Part shown: positions 45,166 to 54,600 of the stretch, in pieces
How positions within the stretch are numbered: the stretch's first letter is position 1
Layout of the letters: each line of letters opens with the position of its first letter
Origin: Bifidobacteriaceae bacterium
GTDB taxonomy: Bacteria > Actinomycetota > Actinomycetes > Actinomycetales > WQXJ01
NCBI GenBank assembly: GCA_031272885.1
Contig: JAISSX010000008.1
Span: forward strand, 782-64,781
DNA length: 64,000 bases
Direction of reading: 5' to 3'
Made by a program: the position numbers and the translations under genes
The notes under the pieces: model-generated
Seen by the model: the letters and a program-made list of their open reading frames with translations, nothing else
The model's database searches: none
What the model was told of the DNA's origin: nothing

Positions 45166-45831
45166 ATGAGTTCCCCGGCCAGCGCCCCCAATGCCCTTGA
45201 AGTCGACGCCGTCATCCTGGACATGGATGGCACCCTGGTGGATTCGGCCGTGGCCGTGCGTACCGCCTGGACCACCTTCGCCGCCGCCCGCGGCCTGGAC
45301 ATCGAAGAGGTGTTGGCCTACGCCAACGGCCGCCAACCGCGCGACACCATGGCCCATTTCGCTCCGGATGAACCCGATCCGGACGCCTTGGGTGCGCAAT
45401 TGCAGCGCCACGAATGCTCCCTGACGGAAGGCATCGTGGAGATCCCGGGCGCCATCCAGTTCATGCGTTCCCTGCCGCCTCAGCGGGTGGCGTTGGTCAC
45501 TTCGGCCTCGCTGCCGTTGGCCAAGGTGCGGATGGGCGCCGCCGGGGTGCCGTTCCCGGCCATGGCCGTCACCGCGGAAGACGTCAAGACCGGCAAACCC
45601 GACCCGGAAGGGTACGTTGACGCGGCCAAACGCCTGGGCGTGGACATCAGGCGCTGCGCCGTGTTCGAGGATTCGCGGGCCGGCCTGGTGGGTGCGTTGG
45701 CCAGCGGCGGCCACGTTTTCGCCATCGGCCAAGCGGCCCAAGACCTGGACGGACTCACAGCTAGATTGGCTAACCTTGAAGCCATCAGCGCCCAGGCGAT
45801 GAGCCCCAGTCGTGTCGTCTTGCGTTGGTAG
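45166..45831 (+). CDS. HAD-IA family phosphatase (beta-phosphoglucomutase-like)
   Basis: ATG at 45166 with GGAGG upstream, 5 nt after the preceding stop. HAD motif I VILDMDGTLVDS. Motif II VTSA. Lys/Asp motifs VKTGKPDPEGY and FEDSRAG. Confidence 0.8.
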   Translation: MSSPASAPNALEVDAVILDMDGTLVDSAVAVRTAWTTFAAARGLDIEEVLAYANGRQPRDTMAHFAPDEPDPDALGAQLQRHECSLTEGIVEIPGAIQFMRSLPPQRVALVTSASLPLAKVRMGAAGVPFPAMAVTAEDVKTGKPDPEGYVDAAKRLGVDIRRCAVFEDSRAGLVGALASGGHVFAIGQAAQDLDGLTARLANLEAISAQAMSPSRVVLRW

Positions 45832-45867
45832 ACAGCGAAACCGGGAATAGATCCCGGCCCCAAAGCC

Positions 45868-48261
45868 TTGGAATCAAACGTGAGCCGACCTATACGTAAG
45901 CCGTACCGACTGGCCGTGGCCTGTAGCGCCATCGGCGGGCTGATGCTGACTTGCCTGGGTGGGGGTCCGGCGGGGGCCGCGGATGAACCAAGCCTGGCCG
46001 AAGCCGCCACCCAAGCCCCGGCCTTGGAGCCAGGCACCGAGGGTGTTGACGGCACCCGTCTGGTGGCCGTCACCAAGCCTCAAACCACCGACCAAGAACT
46101 AGCAGACATGCTGGGCGAAGCCGCCGAAACGGCCAATGAACAGGGCGAATGGGTGGCCACCGAGGCCGCCAAGCCGGACGTTGGCCTGGTCGAAGTGGTG
46201 GCCTCCAGTGAGGCTGCCGCCGCCCAACTGGCGGACCAGATGACCGCCAGCGGGCTCTACGCGGCGGTCGAATACGTTCACGCCGTGCAGACCTTCGACT
46301 ATGGCGTCAGCCCGGATGACCCGGCTCTGCAGGACGCCGGCCAGTGGGAGCTGAGGAGCTTCCCGGGCCTGGGGGCCACCACGGTGTGGCCGCTCCTGGA
46401 GGGGGCCGCCGCGGCCAGCACTGTGCCCATTGCCACCATCGACACCGGCGTGCTGCCTGGCCATGTGGACCTGACCAATGTGGTGCGGGTGTGGGATGTG
46501 GCCGGTGACGACGCCGACCTGACGCCCCACCTGGGCGCCACCCATGGCACCGAGGTGGCCGGCCTGCTGGGCGCCACCACCAACAACAACACCCTGGTGG
46601 CCTCGGCCGCCTGGGACGCCCGCGTCCTGGCCTACCAGGTAATGGATGAAGATGGCCTGATGGACAGCGCCGACATCGCCGTGGCCATGCTGCGGGCGGT
46701 GAACGATGGCGTCAAGATCATCTCGCTGTCGCTGGGTTACTACGCCGGCCCCCATGACATGGACTCCCTGTGGGCCTACGCCATCGACGTGGCCGTGGCC
46801 CATGGCCTGCTGGTGGTGGTGTCCGCCGGCAACGGGGCCCAGGGTGCCAAGGTGAACGAAGTCTGGACCGTTAACCCCATCTCGTGGCCGGCCGCCTACC
46901 CCAAAGTGGTGTCGGTGGCGGCCTCCACCCAGAACGGCGGTTGGGCCACCTTCAGCACCTACAACAGCCAGGTCGACCTGGCTGCCCCGGGCGTGGCCAT
47001 CACCACCTTGAAGTTCAACCAGGCGGCGACGGCCGTCAATCAGGGCACCTCGTTCTCGGCGCCGCTGGTGGCGGCCGCGGCTTCGGTGCTGTGGCGGCTC
47101 GATCCGTCGTTGACGGCCGATGGCGTCCTGGCGGCCTTGGTCGCCACGGCGCACGATGCCGGCACACCGGGCCGGGACGACCAATTCGGCTACGGCATTA
47201 TTGACCTGGCGGCGGCGGCCGCCTACGTCATGGGGGTGGAGGCCACCGATGAGTCAAGCCCAAGCCCGTCGCCCAGCCCCAGCCCCACCACCACGCCGAC
47301 TACCACGCCCAAGCCGACGGTGACGGCCACACCTACCACCACACCTAAGCCGACGGTGACGGCCACGCCTACCACCACGCCCAAGCCGACGGCCACGGCC
47401 TCGGCGAAACCCACCGCGACGGCCACCGCCTCAGCCAAACCGACGGCATCGGCCACCCCTACCACGGTCCTGAAACCGGCCGCCACCACGCCCGCCCAAC
47501 CGGTTTACCAGGCCAGATACTCGGCCTTTGGCCTGTCCTCTGACCTGACCGGAGATGGCCGCGGGGACGTGTTGGCCATCGACGCCACCACCGGCGCCCT
47601 GGTGCTGTACCCGGCCAAGGCCGGTGGCGGTTTGGGGGCGCCCAAGACCCTGGTGGCCTCGGGCCTGGCCGGCCACGGGCTCTACAGCCCGGGTGACTGG
47701 GACGGCGACGGCCGCAGCGACGTCATCACCGTGGACAAACAGGGTGTGATGTGGCTCTACAGCGGCGACGGCAAGGGGAACCTGGCGAAGGCGCGGAAGA
47801 TCGGCCAGGGCTGGGGCGGCTACCGGGTGGTGCCTTCGGGCGACCTGACCAAGGATGGCAAGCCGGACCTGCTGGCGATTGACCAAGCCGGCAAGCTGTG
47901 GGTCTATGAGTCGACCGGCTACGGCGGTTTCAAGCCGGGCCGGTTGGCCGCCGGCCACGGTTGGGTGGGGCTTGACCTCTATGCCGCCGGCGACCTGACG
48001 GGCGACGGCAAGGCCGACATCCTGATGATCGACCAGAGCGGCAACCTGTACGCCTACGCCGGGCGGGGCAACGGCACTTTCGCGCCGGGTCGCCAGGTGG
48101 GGCGTGGCTGGATCGGCCTGACCCTGGCCAGTGGCGCCGACCTGACCGGTGACGGCCTGGCGGACATTGTGGGCCGCACCGCCGCCGGCGCCGCCTACAT
48201 CTACGCCGGGCGCGGCAACGGCACGTTCAACAGTCCTGTCCTGGCCGGTTACGGCTGGTAG
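45868..48261 (+). CDS. secreted S8 (subtilisin-like) serine peptidase with Thr/Pro linker and five C-terminal FG-GAP/VCBS repeats
   Basis: 797 aa. Signal: RLAVACSAIGGLMLTCLGGGPAGAADEP. Catalytic triad motifs: IATIDTGV (Asp), THGTEVAGLLGA (His), GTSFSAPLVAAAAS (Ser). Linker: TTTPKPTVTATP repeated three times. Repeats of the type GDLTGDGKADILMID. The GTG at 45880 is an alternative start. Confidence 0.85.
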   Translation: MESNVSRPIRKPYRLAVACSAIGGLMLTCLGGGPAGAADEPSLAEAATQAPALEPGTEGVDGTRLVAVTKPQTTDQELADMLGEAAETANEQGEWVATEAAKPDVGLVEVVASSEAAAAQLADQMTASGLYAAVEYVHAVQTFDYGVSPDDPALQDAGQWELRSFPGLGATTVWPLLEGAAAASTVPIATIDTGVLPGHVDLTNVVRVWDVAGDDADLTPHLGATHGTEVAGLLGATTNNNTLVASAAWDARVLAYQVMDEDGLMDSADIAVAMLRAVNDGVKIISLSLGYYAGPHDMDSLWAYAIDVAVAHGLLVVVSAGNGAQGAKVNEVWTVNPISWPAAYPKVVSVAASTQNGGWATFSTYNSQVDLAAPGVAITTLKFNQAATAVNQGTSFSAPLVAAAASVLWRLDPSLTADGVLAALVATAHDAGTPGRDDQFGYGIIDLAAAAAYVMGVEATDESSPSPSPSPSPTTTPTTTPKPTVTATPTTTPKPTVTATPTTTPKPTATASAKPTATATASAKPTASATPTTVLKPAATTPAQPVYQARYSAFGLSSDLTGDGRGDVLAIDATTGALVLYPAKAGGGLGAPKTLVASGLAGHGLYSPGDWDGDGRSDVITVDKQGVMWLYSGDGKGNLAKARKIGQGWGGYRVVPSGDLTKDGKPDLLAIDQAGKLWVYESTGYGGFKPGRLAAGHGWVGLDLYAAGDLTGDGKADILMIDQSGNLYAYAGRGNGTFAPGRQVGRGWIGLTLASGADLTGDGLADIVGRTAAGAAYIYAGRGNGTFNSPVLAGYGW
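47300..47400. repeat. 36-bp tandem repeat (about 2.8 copies) encoding the TTTPKPTVTATP linker
   Basis: ACTACCACGCCCAAGCCGACGGTGACGGCCACACCT (47300-47335), a near-identical copy at 47336-47371, and a partial third copy. Confidence 0.85.
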
Positions 48262-48679
48262 GGCGGCAGCCAGAACTCGGTGGGCAGCCGCTCGGAGACG
48301 GAGAACGTGCGCCGCCTACGGCCTGCACTCCACCAAGTACAACGAATGGGTGGGCTTCGGCGGGCCGTGGTGCCACCACTTCCAGGAGTGGGTGGCGGAC
48401 AGGGCCGGCCTGGGTTCGATCACCGGCTGGTACGGACCCTACTTCCGCTACCAGAACCACCTGCGCACCACCATGACCAAGACCAACCGGCCCCAGGTGG
48501 GCGGCTATATCTTGATGTCGGTCTCGGCCGACTTCAGCCACACCGCCTTCATCGTGTCGGTGTCCTCCGATGGCAACACGTTCACCGTCATTGAGGGCAA
48601 CTGGGGCCACGGCGTCAAGAAGACCACCATGACCCGGTCGCAGCGCACGCCGCACGAGTACTACCTGCCGAACTACTGA
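48149..48679 (+). CDS. CHAP-domain (NlpC/P60-like amidase/peptidase) ORF with no credible N-terminus; possibly a pseudogene
   Basis: A complete CHAP core: STKYNEWVGFGGPWCHHFQEW (Cys), FSHTAFIVSV (His), VIEGNWG. The only in-frame starts (GTG 48149, TTG 48167) lie 95-113 nt inside the S8 gene, and the residues encoded there look like off-frame sequence. There is no signal peptide. Confidence 0.5.
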   Translation: MTAWRTLWAAPPPAPPTSTPGAATARSTVLSWPVTAGRAAARTRWAAARRRRTCAAYGLHSTKYNEWVGFGGPWCHHFQEWVADRAGLGSITGWYGPYFRYQNHLRTTMTKTNRPQVGGYILMSVSADFSHTAFIVSVSSDGNTFTVIEGNWGHGVKKTTMTRSQRTPHEYYLPNY

Positions 48680-48721
48680 GCGCCGAATGAGTTCGGCCGA
48701 AGCGGCTGTTAAGCTGGCCGG

Positions 48722-50641
48722 GTGATGCCGCGCCGGACCGATGCGCCTGCGCCTGCCCCCGCGCCGGACCATGCCCCAGTTGCCCCTGTGGTGGCGGCGG
48801 CGGTTGCCACCTGCCTGGCCCTGCTGGCCTTTGGCGTTGACCCGGCGGCTGCTTCCGGTGGCCTGAAGGGAGTGCTGAAGGGCAACAATGCCGTCCTGAT
48901 TCCGGCGGCGGCCGGCCTTTTCGTGTTGGCCCGCCGGGCCTTGGCGGTGCGCGATTGGCGGATTAGGCGCTGGGCCGGCGGCTTGGCCGTGCTGTTTGCG
49001 CTGTGGGAGACGCTTGGGCGGCTGTTGGCCGCTTTCGACAACCTCAGCGGGTTGGCTAAGCCGCGGCGGTTGGCGGCCTGTGGCCTGTTCGCGGCCGGTT
49101 GGGCCGTGGCCGCCTACCTGGTGTTAGTGGTGGTGCTGGCCTGGGCCGTGGCCCACCGCCGCCCGGCGGCTGGTGGCCGTCCGCTGGCCGGCCACCACCC
49201 GGCGGCCCGGGTGTGGCGGTTCAGGTGTTGGGCCGGCGGCCAATACCGCGGGCACCGGCGCCGTTCGCTGCTGGCCGCCTGGGGGGTGTTGTGCCTGGCC
49301 CGGCTGCCCTACCTGGCTTGGGCCTGGCCGGGGGTGGTGACGAACGATTCGGCCTGGCAGTTGCGCCAGGCCTTCGGCATTGATCCGTGGACCAGCCATC
49401 ACCCGTTTGCCCACACGTTGGCCATTAAGGCTGTGGTGGTGCCGGTGGAGGCCGTGACGGGTTCGACGGCGGCCGGCATTGGCGTCTTCTCGCTGCTGCA
49501 AATCGCTGCCACCTCGGCCGTGGTGGTGCATGTGACCAGCCGGTTGTTGGCTTGGGGTGTCAACCGCTGGTTGGCCGCCGCTGGCTACCTGTTTGCCCTG
49601 GCCTGGCCGGTGGCCGGCATGTTTGCGGTCACCATGTGGAAGGACATTCCCTTCGCCAACGCCGTGCTGCTGCTGACCACCCTGCTGGTGGATGTGTGGC
49701 GCCAGCCCCGCCAATACTTGGCCCGGCCCGCCCGCCTGGTTGGACTGGCGCTGGTGGTGGCGGCCGTCTACGTGCTGCGCAACAACGGGCCCTACGTGGT
49801 GATACCCGCCCTGGCGGTGGCCGTGGCGGGCGCCCGCGGCGCCCGCCTGCGCCTGGCCGCGGCCGGACTGGCCGGGCTGGCGGCGGCGGTCGCTTTCACT
49901 GGCCCGGTGGCCAGCGCCGCCGGGGTGGCGCCAGGCTCCACGGCGGAGGCGTTGTCGGTGCCGATGCAGCAGATGGCCCGCGTGGCCCGGGACCACCCAG
50001 ACCAACTAACACCGGCTGAGGTTGCCTTCATCGAAGGCCTGTGGCCAGACCTGACAGTGGCCGAAGTGGGGGCGCTGTACAAGCCGTGGATTGCCGACCC
50101 GGTCAAGGAGCAGATCAGCCGCGACCAGATTGAGGGCGACTTGACTGGCTTCGTCTCAAACTGGTTTGAACTGGGCCAACGCTTCCCCGGTACCTACGTC
50201 GAATCGTTCCTGGCCGGCAGCTACGGCTACTGGTATCCGGACACCGACTACACCGTGGTCATACCGATGGTGACCCAGGGCACGCCCGGCATGGCCTGGC
50301 AGCCCCCGGCGGCGGGCGGCATCGGCGCATATGCCGTCAACCTGCTGTTCCGGCCGCACGTGGTACCCGTCCTCAGTTGGTTCTATTCGCCCGGCCTTGG
50401 TTGGCAAGTCCTGTTGGTGGCGGGGGCGGCGCTGTGGCTGCGTCGGCCCAAACGCTACCTGGGCTTGCTGGTGGCGCCGGGCCTGGTCTGGCTGACCTGC
50501 TTGGCCTCGCCCGTCTACGCCGAGTTCCGCTACGCCTACGGTTACCTCATCACCCTGCCGGTGGTGGCGGCGGTAGCCTTTAGCCACTGGTGTGAACCCG
50601 CCGGCACCGCTTCCATCCCCGTTGCGAGGAGATCCCTGTGA
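48722..50641 (+). CDS. polytopic membrane protein, putative GT-C-like glycosyltransferase (DUF6020-like; family recalled from memory)
   Basis: 639 aa with at least 10 TM helices. Conserved block LARLPYLAWAWPGVVTNDSAWQLRQAFG...HHPFAHTL...WKDIPFANA. Paralogous along its whole length to residues about 640-1291 of the 51545-55420 product. Confidence 0.7.
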   Translation: MMPRRTDAPAPAPAPDHAPVAPVVAAAVATCLALLAFGVDPAAASGGLKGVLKGNNAVLIPAAAGLFVLARRALAVRDWRIRRWAGGLAVLFALWETLGRLLAAFDNLSGLAKPRRLAACGLFAAGWAVAAYLVLVVVLAWAVAHRRPAAGGRPLAGHHPAARVWRFRCWAGGQYRGHRRRSLLAAWGVLCLARLPYLAWAWPGVVTNDSAWQLRQAFGIDPWTSHHPFAHTLAIKAVVVPVEAVTGSTAAGIGVFSLLQIAATSAVVVHVTSRLLAWGVNRWLAAAGYLFALAWPVAGMFAVTMWKDIPFANAVLLLTTLLVDVWRQPRQYLARPARLVGLALVVAAVYVLRNNGPYVVIPALAVAVAGARGARLRLAAAGLAGLAAAVAFTGPVASAAGVAPGSTAEALSVPMQQMARVARDHPDQLTPAEVAFIEGLWPDLTVAEVGALYKPWIADPVKEQISRDQIEGDLTGFVSNWFELGQRFPGTYVESFLAGSYGYWYPDTDYTVVIPMVTQGTPGMAWQPPAAGGIGAYAVNLLFRPHVVPVLSWFYSPGLGWQVLLVAGAALWLRRPKRYLGLLVAPGLVWLTCLASPVYAEFRYAYGYLITLPVVAAVAFSHWCEPAGTASIPVARRSL

Positions 50642-51639
50642 CCATTGACCCGGTGGTGGCCGTGCTGCTGCCCTGCTACAACGAGGCCTCCACGATTGGC
50701 CAGGTGGTGGCAGACTTCCGGGCCGCCCTGCCGCAGGCCACGGTCTACGTCTATGACAATAACTCGACCGACGGCACGGCTGAGATAGCGGCGGCCGCCG
50801 GGGCCGTGGTGCGCCAAGAGCACCAACAGGGCAAGGGCTACGTGCTGCGGTCCATGTTCCGCGACATCGAGGCGGACTGTTACGTCTTGGCCGATGGCGA
50901 CGACACCTACCCGGCCGAGGCCGCCCCCGCCATGGTGGCGGCGGTGCTGGAGCAGGGCGCGGACATGGTGGTGGGCGACCGGCTCAGTTCGACCTATTTC
51001 GCCGAGAACACGCGCCGTTTCCACGGCGGCGGCAACGTCCTGGTGCGCCGGCTGGTGAACGGCTTCTTCAACGGCCAGATTGCCGACATCATGACCGGCT
51101 ACCGCGCCTTCGGCTACGCCTTCGTCAAGTCCTTCCCGGTGCTGTCCAGTGGTTTCGAGATCGAAACCGAGATGACCATCTTTGCCCTTGAGAACCACCT
51201 GCGGGTGGTGTCGCAGCCGGTGGAGTACCGGGACCGGCCCGAGGGCTCGGTGTCCAAGTTGAACACGGTGCACGATGGCGTCCGCGTCCTCAAGACCATC
51301 GTCAAGCTGTTCAAGGACTACCGGCCGCTGTTGTTTTTCTCGCTCTTGGCGGCCGTCTGCCTGGTGACCGGGATCGGCTTGGGTATTCCGGTGGCGGTGG
51401 AGTTCTTCCAGACCGGCCTGGTGCCGCGTTTCCCCACCCTGTTCCTGGCCCTGTTCCTGCTGCTGGCGGCGTTGCATCTGTTCGTGGCCGGGCTGATCCT
51501 TGACACGCAGGCCCGCGGCCGGCGTCAGCAGTTCGAGATGATGGTCAACCTGATGACGTCGCAGCGGGCTGGGAGCTGGCTGGGGCGCTCGGGGAGTCAG
51601 AGGAGTCAGGGGCATCCGGGGCGCTCGCCGCAGGCTTGA
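50638..51639 (+). CDS. GT2 polyprenyl-phosphate glycosyltransferase (GtrB/CsbB-like) with two C-terminal TM helices
   Basis: 333 aa. The GTG start overlaps the upstream stop (GTGA). Motifs: VLLPCYNEASTIGQVV...VYVYDNNSTDGT and LADGDDTY (DxD). Two TM helices near the C-terminus. Confidence 0.85.
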   Translation: MTIDPVVAVLLPCYNEASTIGQVVADFRAALPQATVYVYDNNSTDGTAEIAAAAGAVVRQEHQQGKGYVLRSMFRDIEADCYVLADGDDTYPAEAAPAMVAAVLEQGADMVVGDRLSSTYFAENTRRFHGGGNVLVRRLVNGFFNGQIADIMTGYRAFGYAFVKSFPVLSSGFEIETEMTIFALENHLRVVSQPVEYRDRPEGSVSKLNTVHDGVRVLKTIVKLFKDYRPLLFFSLLAAVCLVTGIGLGIPVAVEFFQTGLVPRFPTLFLALFLLLAALHLFVAGLILDTQARGRRQQFEMMVNLMTSQRAGSWLGRSGSQRSQGHPGRSPQA

Positions 51640-54600
51640 GGCCGCGGCTGAGGGCCAGCACCACCACCAGGGGCGCCGCCAGCGCTACGGCCAGGATGTA
51701 GCGGTAGTCGCCGTTGATCGGGGCGATCAGGCTGCAGGCCCAGGCCAACCAGATGGCGCCAAGGGCCGCCAGTTCGCGCCAGGCCCGGCGCAGCCACAGC
51801 ATCAGCGAGGCCGCCAGCAGGACGCAGAACGGGAAGCCGGTCGAATAGAGCACAGCCACCCCCGGCAGGTAGTAGGGGTTGGCCACCAACTGGGCCAGGC
51901 GGGGGTGCCCGGTCTCGGCCGGGCGGGCCACCAGGTTGCCGGTGGCCTGTTCGATCAGGTAGCCGCCGGGCTGGAAACCGGGGCTGGGCTGCACATTCAA
52001 GGTGGTGACCAGGTTGTGGGTCACCACCGGATACCAGTAGGAGTTGGTCAACTGCAGCCAGCCGGTCAGGTAGGTGCCGGGGTATTCCAACCCCAGGTCA
52101 ACCCAGTTCCTGGCGGTGAGGCCGGCGTTGGCCTCCACCCAGCGGGTGTCCAACTTGTACTTGGCCCGGTCGGCCGAATACCAGCGGTAGGCCTGGCCCA
52201 GTTCCTCCACCGTGGCGGGAGCCAAAGCGTCGTAGACGGCCTGGACCGCGTCCGCGTCACCCTGCGGCGGCCTGTCCTCCAACTGCCACAGCGAACCGCC
52301 GAAGGCGTCCTCCAAGAAGGCCCGCTGCTCCGCCGTCAGGTCGTCGCCGTGCTGGGCGGCCACATAGGACAACTGCTGCACCGGAATGGCCAACATTTCG
52401 CGGGCCGAGGACGGCTCCACATGCAGGGCCCGCAGCACCACCTGGTTGGCCCCGAACACCACCAGGAAAACGGCCCCAAGGCTGAGACCCACCCGCAGCC
52501 GGTGCGGCCGGGCCGCCAGCGCCACCAGCACTATCGCCCCGGCCGCCACATAGGGGCCGTTGGCCCGCAGGGTGATGACGCCGGCCAGGGCCAGCACCCC
52601 CACAGCCACCCGCACCGGGCTGGTCAGGGCGGCCTTTGGTTGGCGGACCAGGTCGATCAGGGCCACGGTCAGGGCTAGGCCGGCCGTGGCGAAGGCGGCG
52701 TCCTTCCACAGCGAGACGCCGAACAGGCCGTAGACCGGGAACAGGGCGAAGAACCCGTAGGCGGCCCCCGCCGCCCAACGGTTGGCGCCCCAGGCCAGCA
52801 GCCGGTGGACGGCGTAGGTGCAGGCGGCGCACAGCACCAGCAGTTGGCAGGTGGCAAACGCGCCCACCCCGGCGCTGACCGAGCCCAGCGCCTGGGCCGG
52901 CCGGATGAACAGCGCCAGCAGCAGCGTGTGCACAACGGCGTGGTGATTGTTCAGCGGCACCAGGCCGGCCGCCTGGGCCACCTGCCAGCTCGAGTCATTG
53001 GTCACGATGCCGGGCCACAGCCACACCAGGTAGGGCAGGCGCAGCAGCACCATGGCGGCCCAGGCCACCGCCATGAAACGCCCGGGGTGGGCCCGGTAGA
53101 GGGCGCCCAGGCGGCGGGCGGACAAGGTCAACCAGGGTGGCTTGGCCCAACTGCGCTTGGCCGCCGGTTGGCTGGTGCCGACCAGCCAACCGGCCACCAC
53201 CACCAGGGCGCAGTAGCTGGTCCAGGCCGCGCCCAGCCACAGCACCAGGGCCTTGGCCTGGGCCGCGTCGGTGGCCGTGATAGGGGCCAGGGTGTGGGGG
53301 GAGGGGGCCAGGGCCCGGCCCAGCAGGGCGGCGGTGGCGAAGACGGCGCCGATCACGGCCGCCCCGGCTATGGCCCGGCGCTGGCGCACCCGTAGCGCCG
53401 CCACTCCTAGGGCTGTGACCAGCACAAACGCTAAGACGGCGGTCCAGCCGAAGCCGCCCAGCGAGGCCTTCAGGTAGCCGGCCATGGTCTGGCCGGGCAG
53501 GCGCGGCCCGGGCACAATCGCCCAGCCCAGCGCCGCCACCAGGCCGCCGGCCAGCGCCCCGGTCAGGCGCCAGGCCGGCGCCTTCGGCTGGGGTGCCTCG
53601 CCGCCCGCGGCGGCCGACTCCTGGACCGCCCGGCGCTGCCCGGCGCGCCGCCGGTAGCGCCGCAGGTGGCGGCGCCCGGCCGGCCAGGCCCGCCGGGCGA
53701 TCAGCCCCAGGAAAACCACCAGGCCAATCAGGCTGACCGCCAAGCCCCAGGTGGTGGTGGCGGTGCGGCCGAACTGGGTCTGGACCCGGCCGGACGCCTG
53801 GTCCGGCACGGTCACCAGGACCAGGCCGCCATCGGACACCGACACCTGCAGGGCGTCCGTCTGGGCCTCCCCGGTGGTCAAGGTGGCCGCGTAGCCCGGG
53901 TAGTAGATGAACGGCAACTCGACCTGACACGGACCGGCGGCGCAGGCGACATCGAACACCGTGGCCGTGCCGTCCTCGCTGTAGCCGGCCCAGGTGGCCT
54001 CGCCGGCTACCACGGCGGGTTCGCGGCCGCGCTCCGCCAGGTCCGAATAGTCGGAGCCTGGGCGCCAGGCGGCGGTGGGCAGGTATTCACCCAAGGCAAT
54101 GGGCCAGGCCCTGGTGAGGTCGGTGGCGAAGAACTGGCTGGGCTGCAGCAGGTCGCGGTGGGCGGCGCCGTTGATCAGCCCGGCCGCCCCGGCCAGGGCA
54201 CCGGCCCCCACCACCAGGCAGGTGGCCCCCGCCGTCAACCGCCGCCACGGCCGGCCGCGCCGTAGCCGCCGGGCCAGACACCACAGTCCGATGCCGCCCG
54301 CCGCCGCCAGGCAGAAGGTGGCCTGTAGTTCCAGCCGCCACGGGTATTGGATCAGCCGCAACACCGCCGGCAGATGGTCCCACGGCACCAGCGCGGTGGT
54401 GGCCACCACGGCCACCAGCCCAAGCGCAGCCAGCCGCCAGGCCAGCGCCCGGGCGCGGGCGTGGGCCGCCCGCCAGCCGAAGGGCAGGGCCACCAGGCCG
54501 GCCAGGATGACCCAGCCGATGGCGGTCGACGTGCCGAAGGGCGCCGGGCCGCCCTGGGTCACGCCGGAGGCGTTGAACAGCAGGTCGCGCAGGGACCGCA

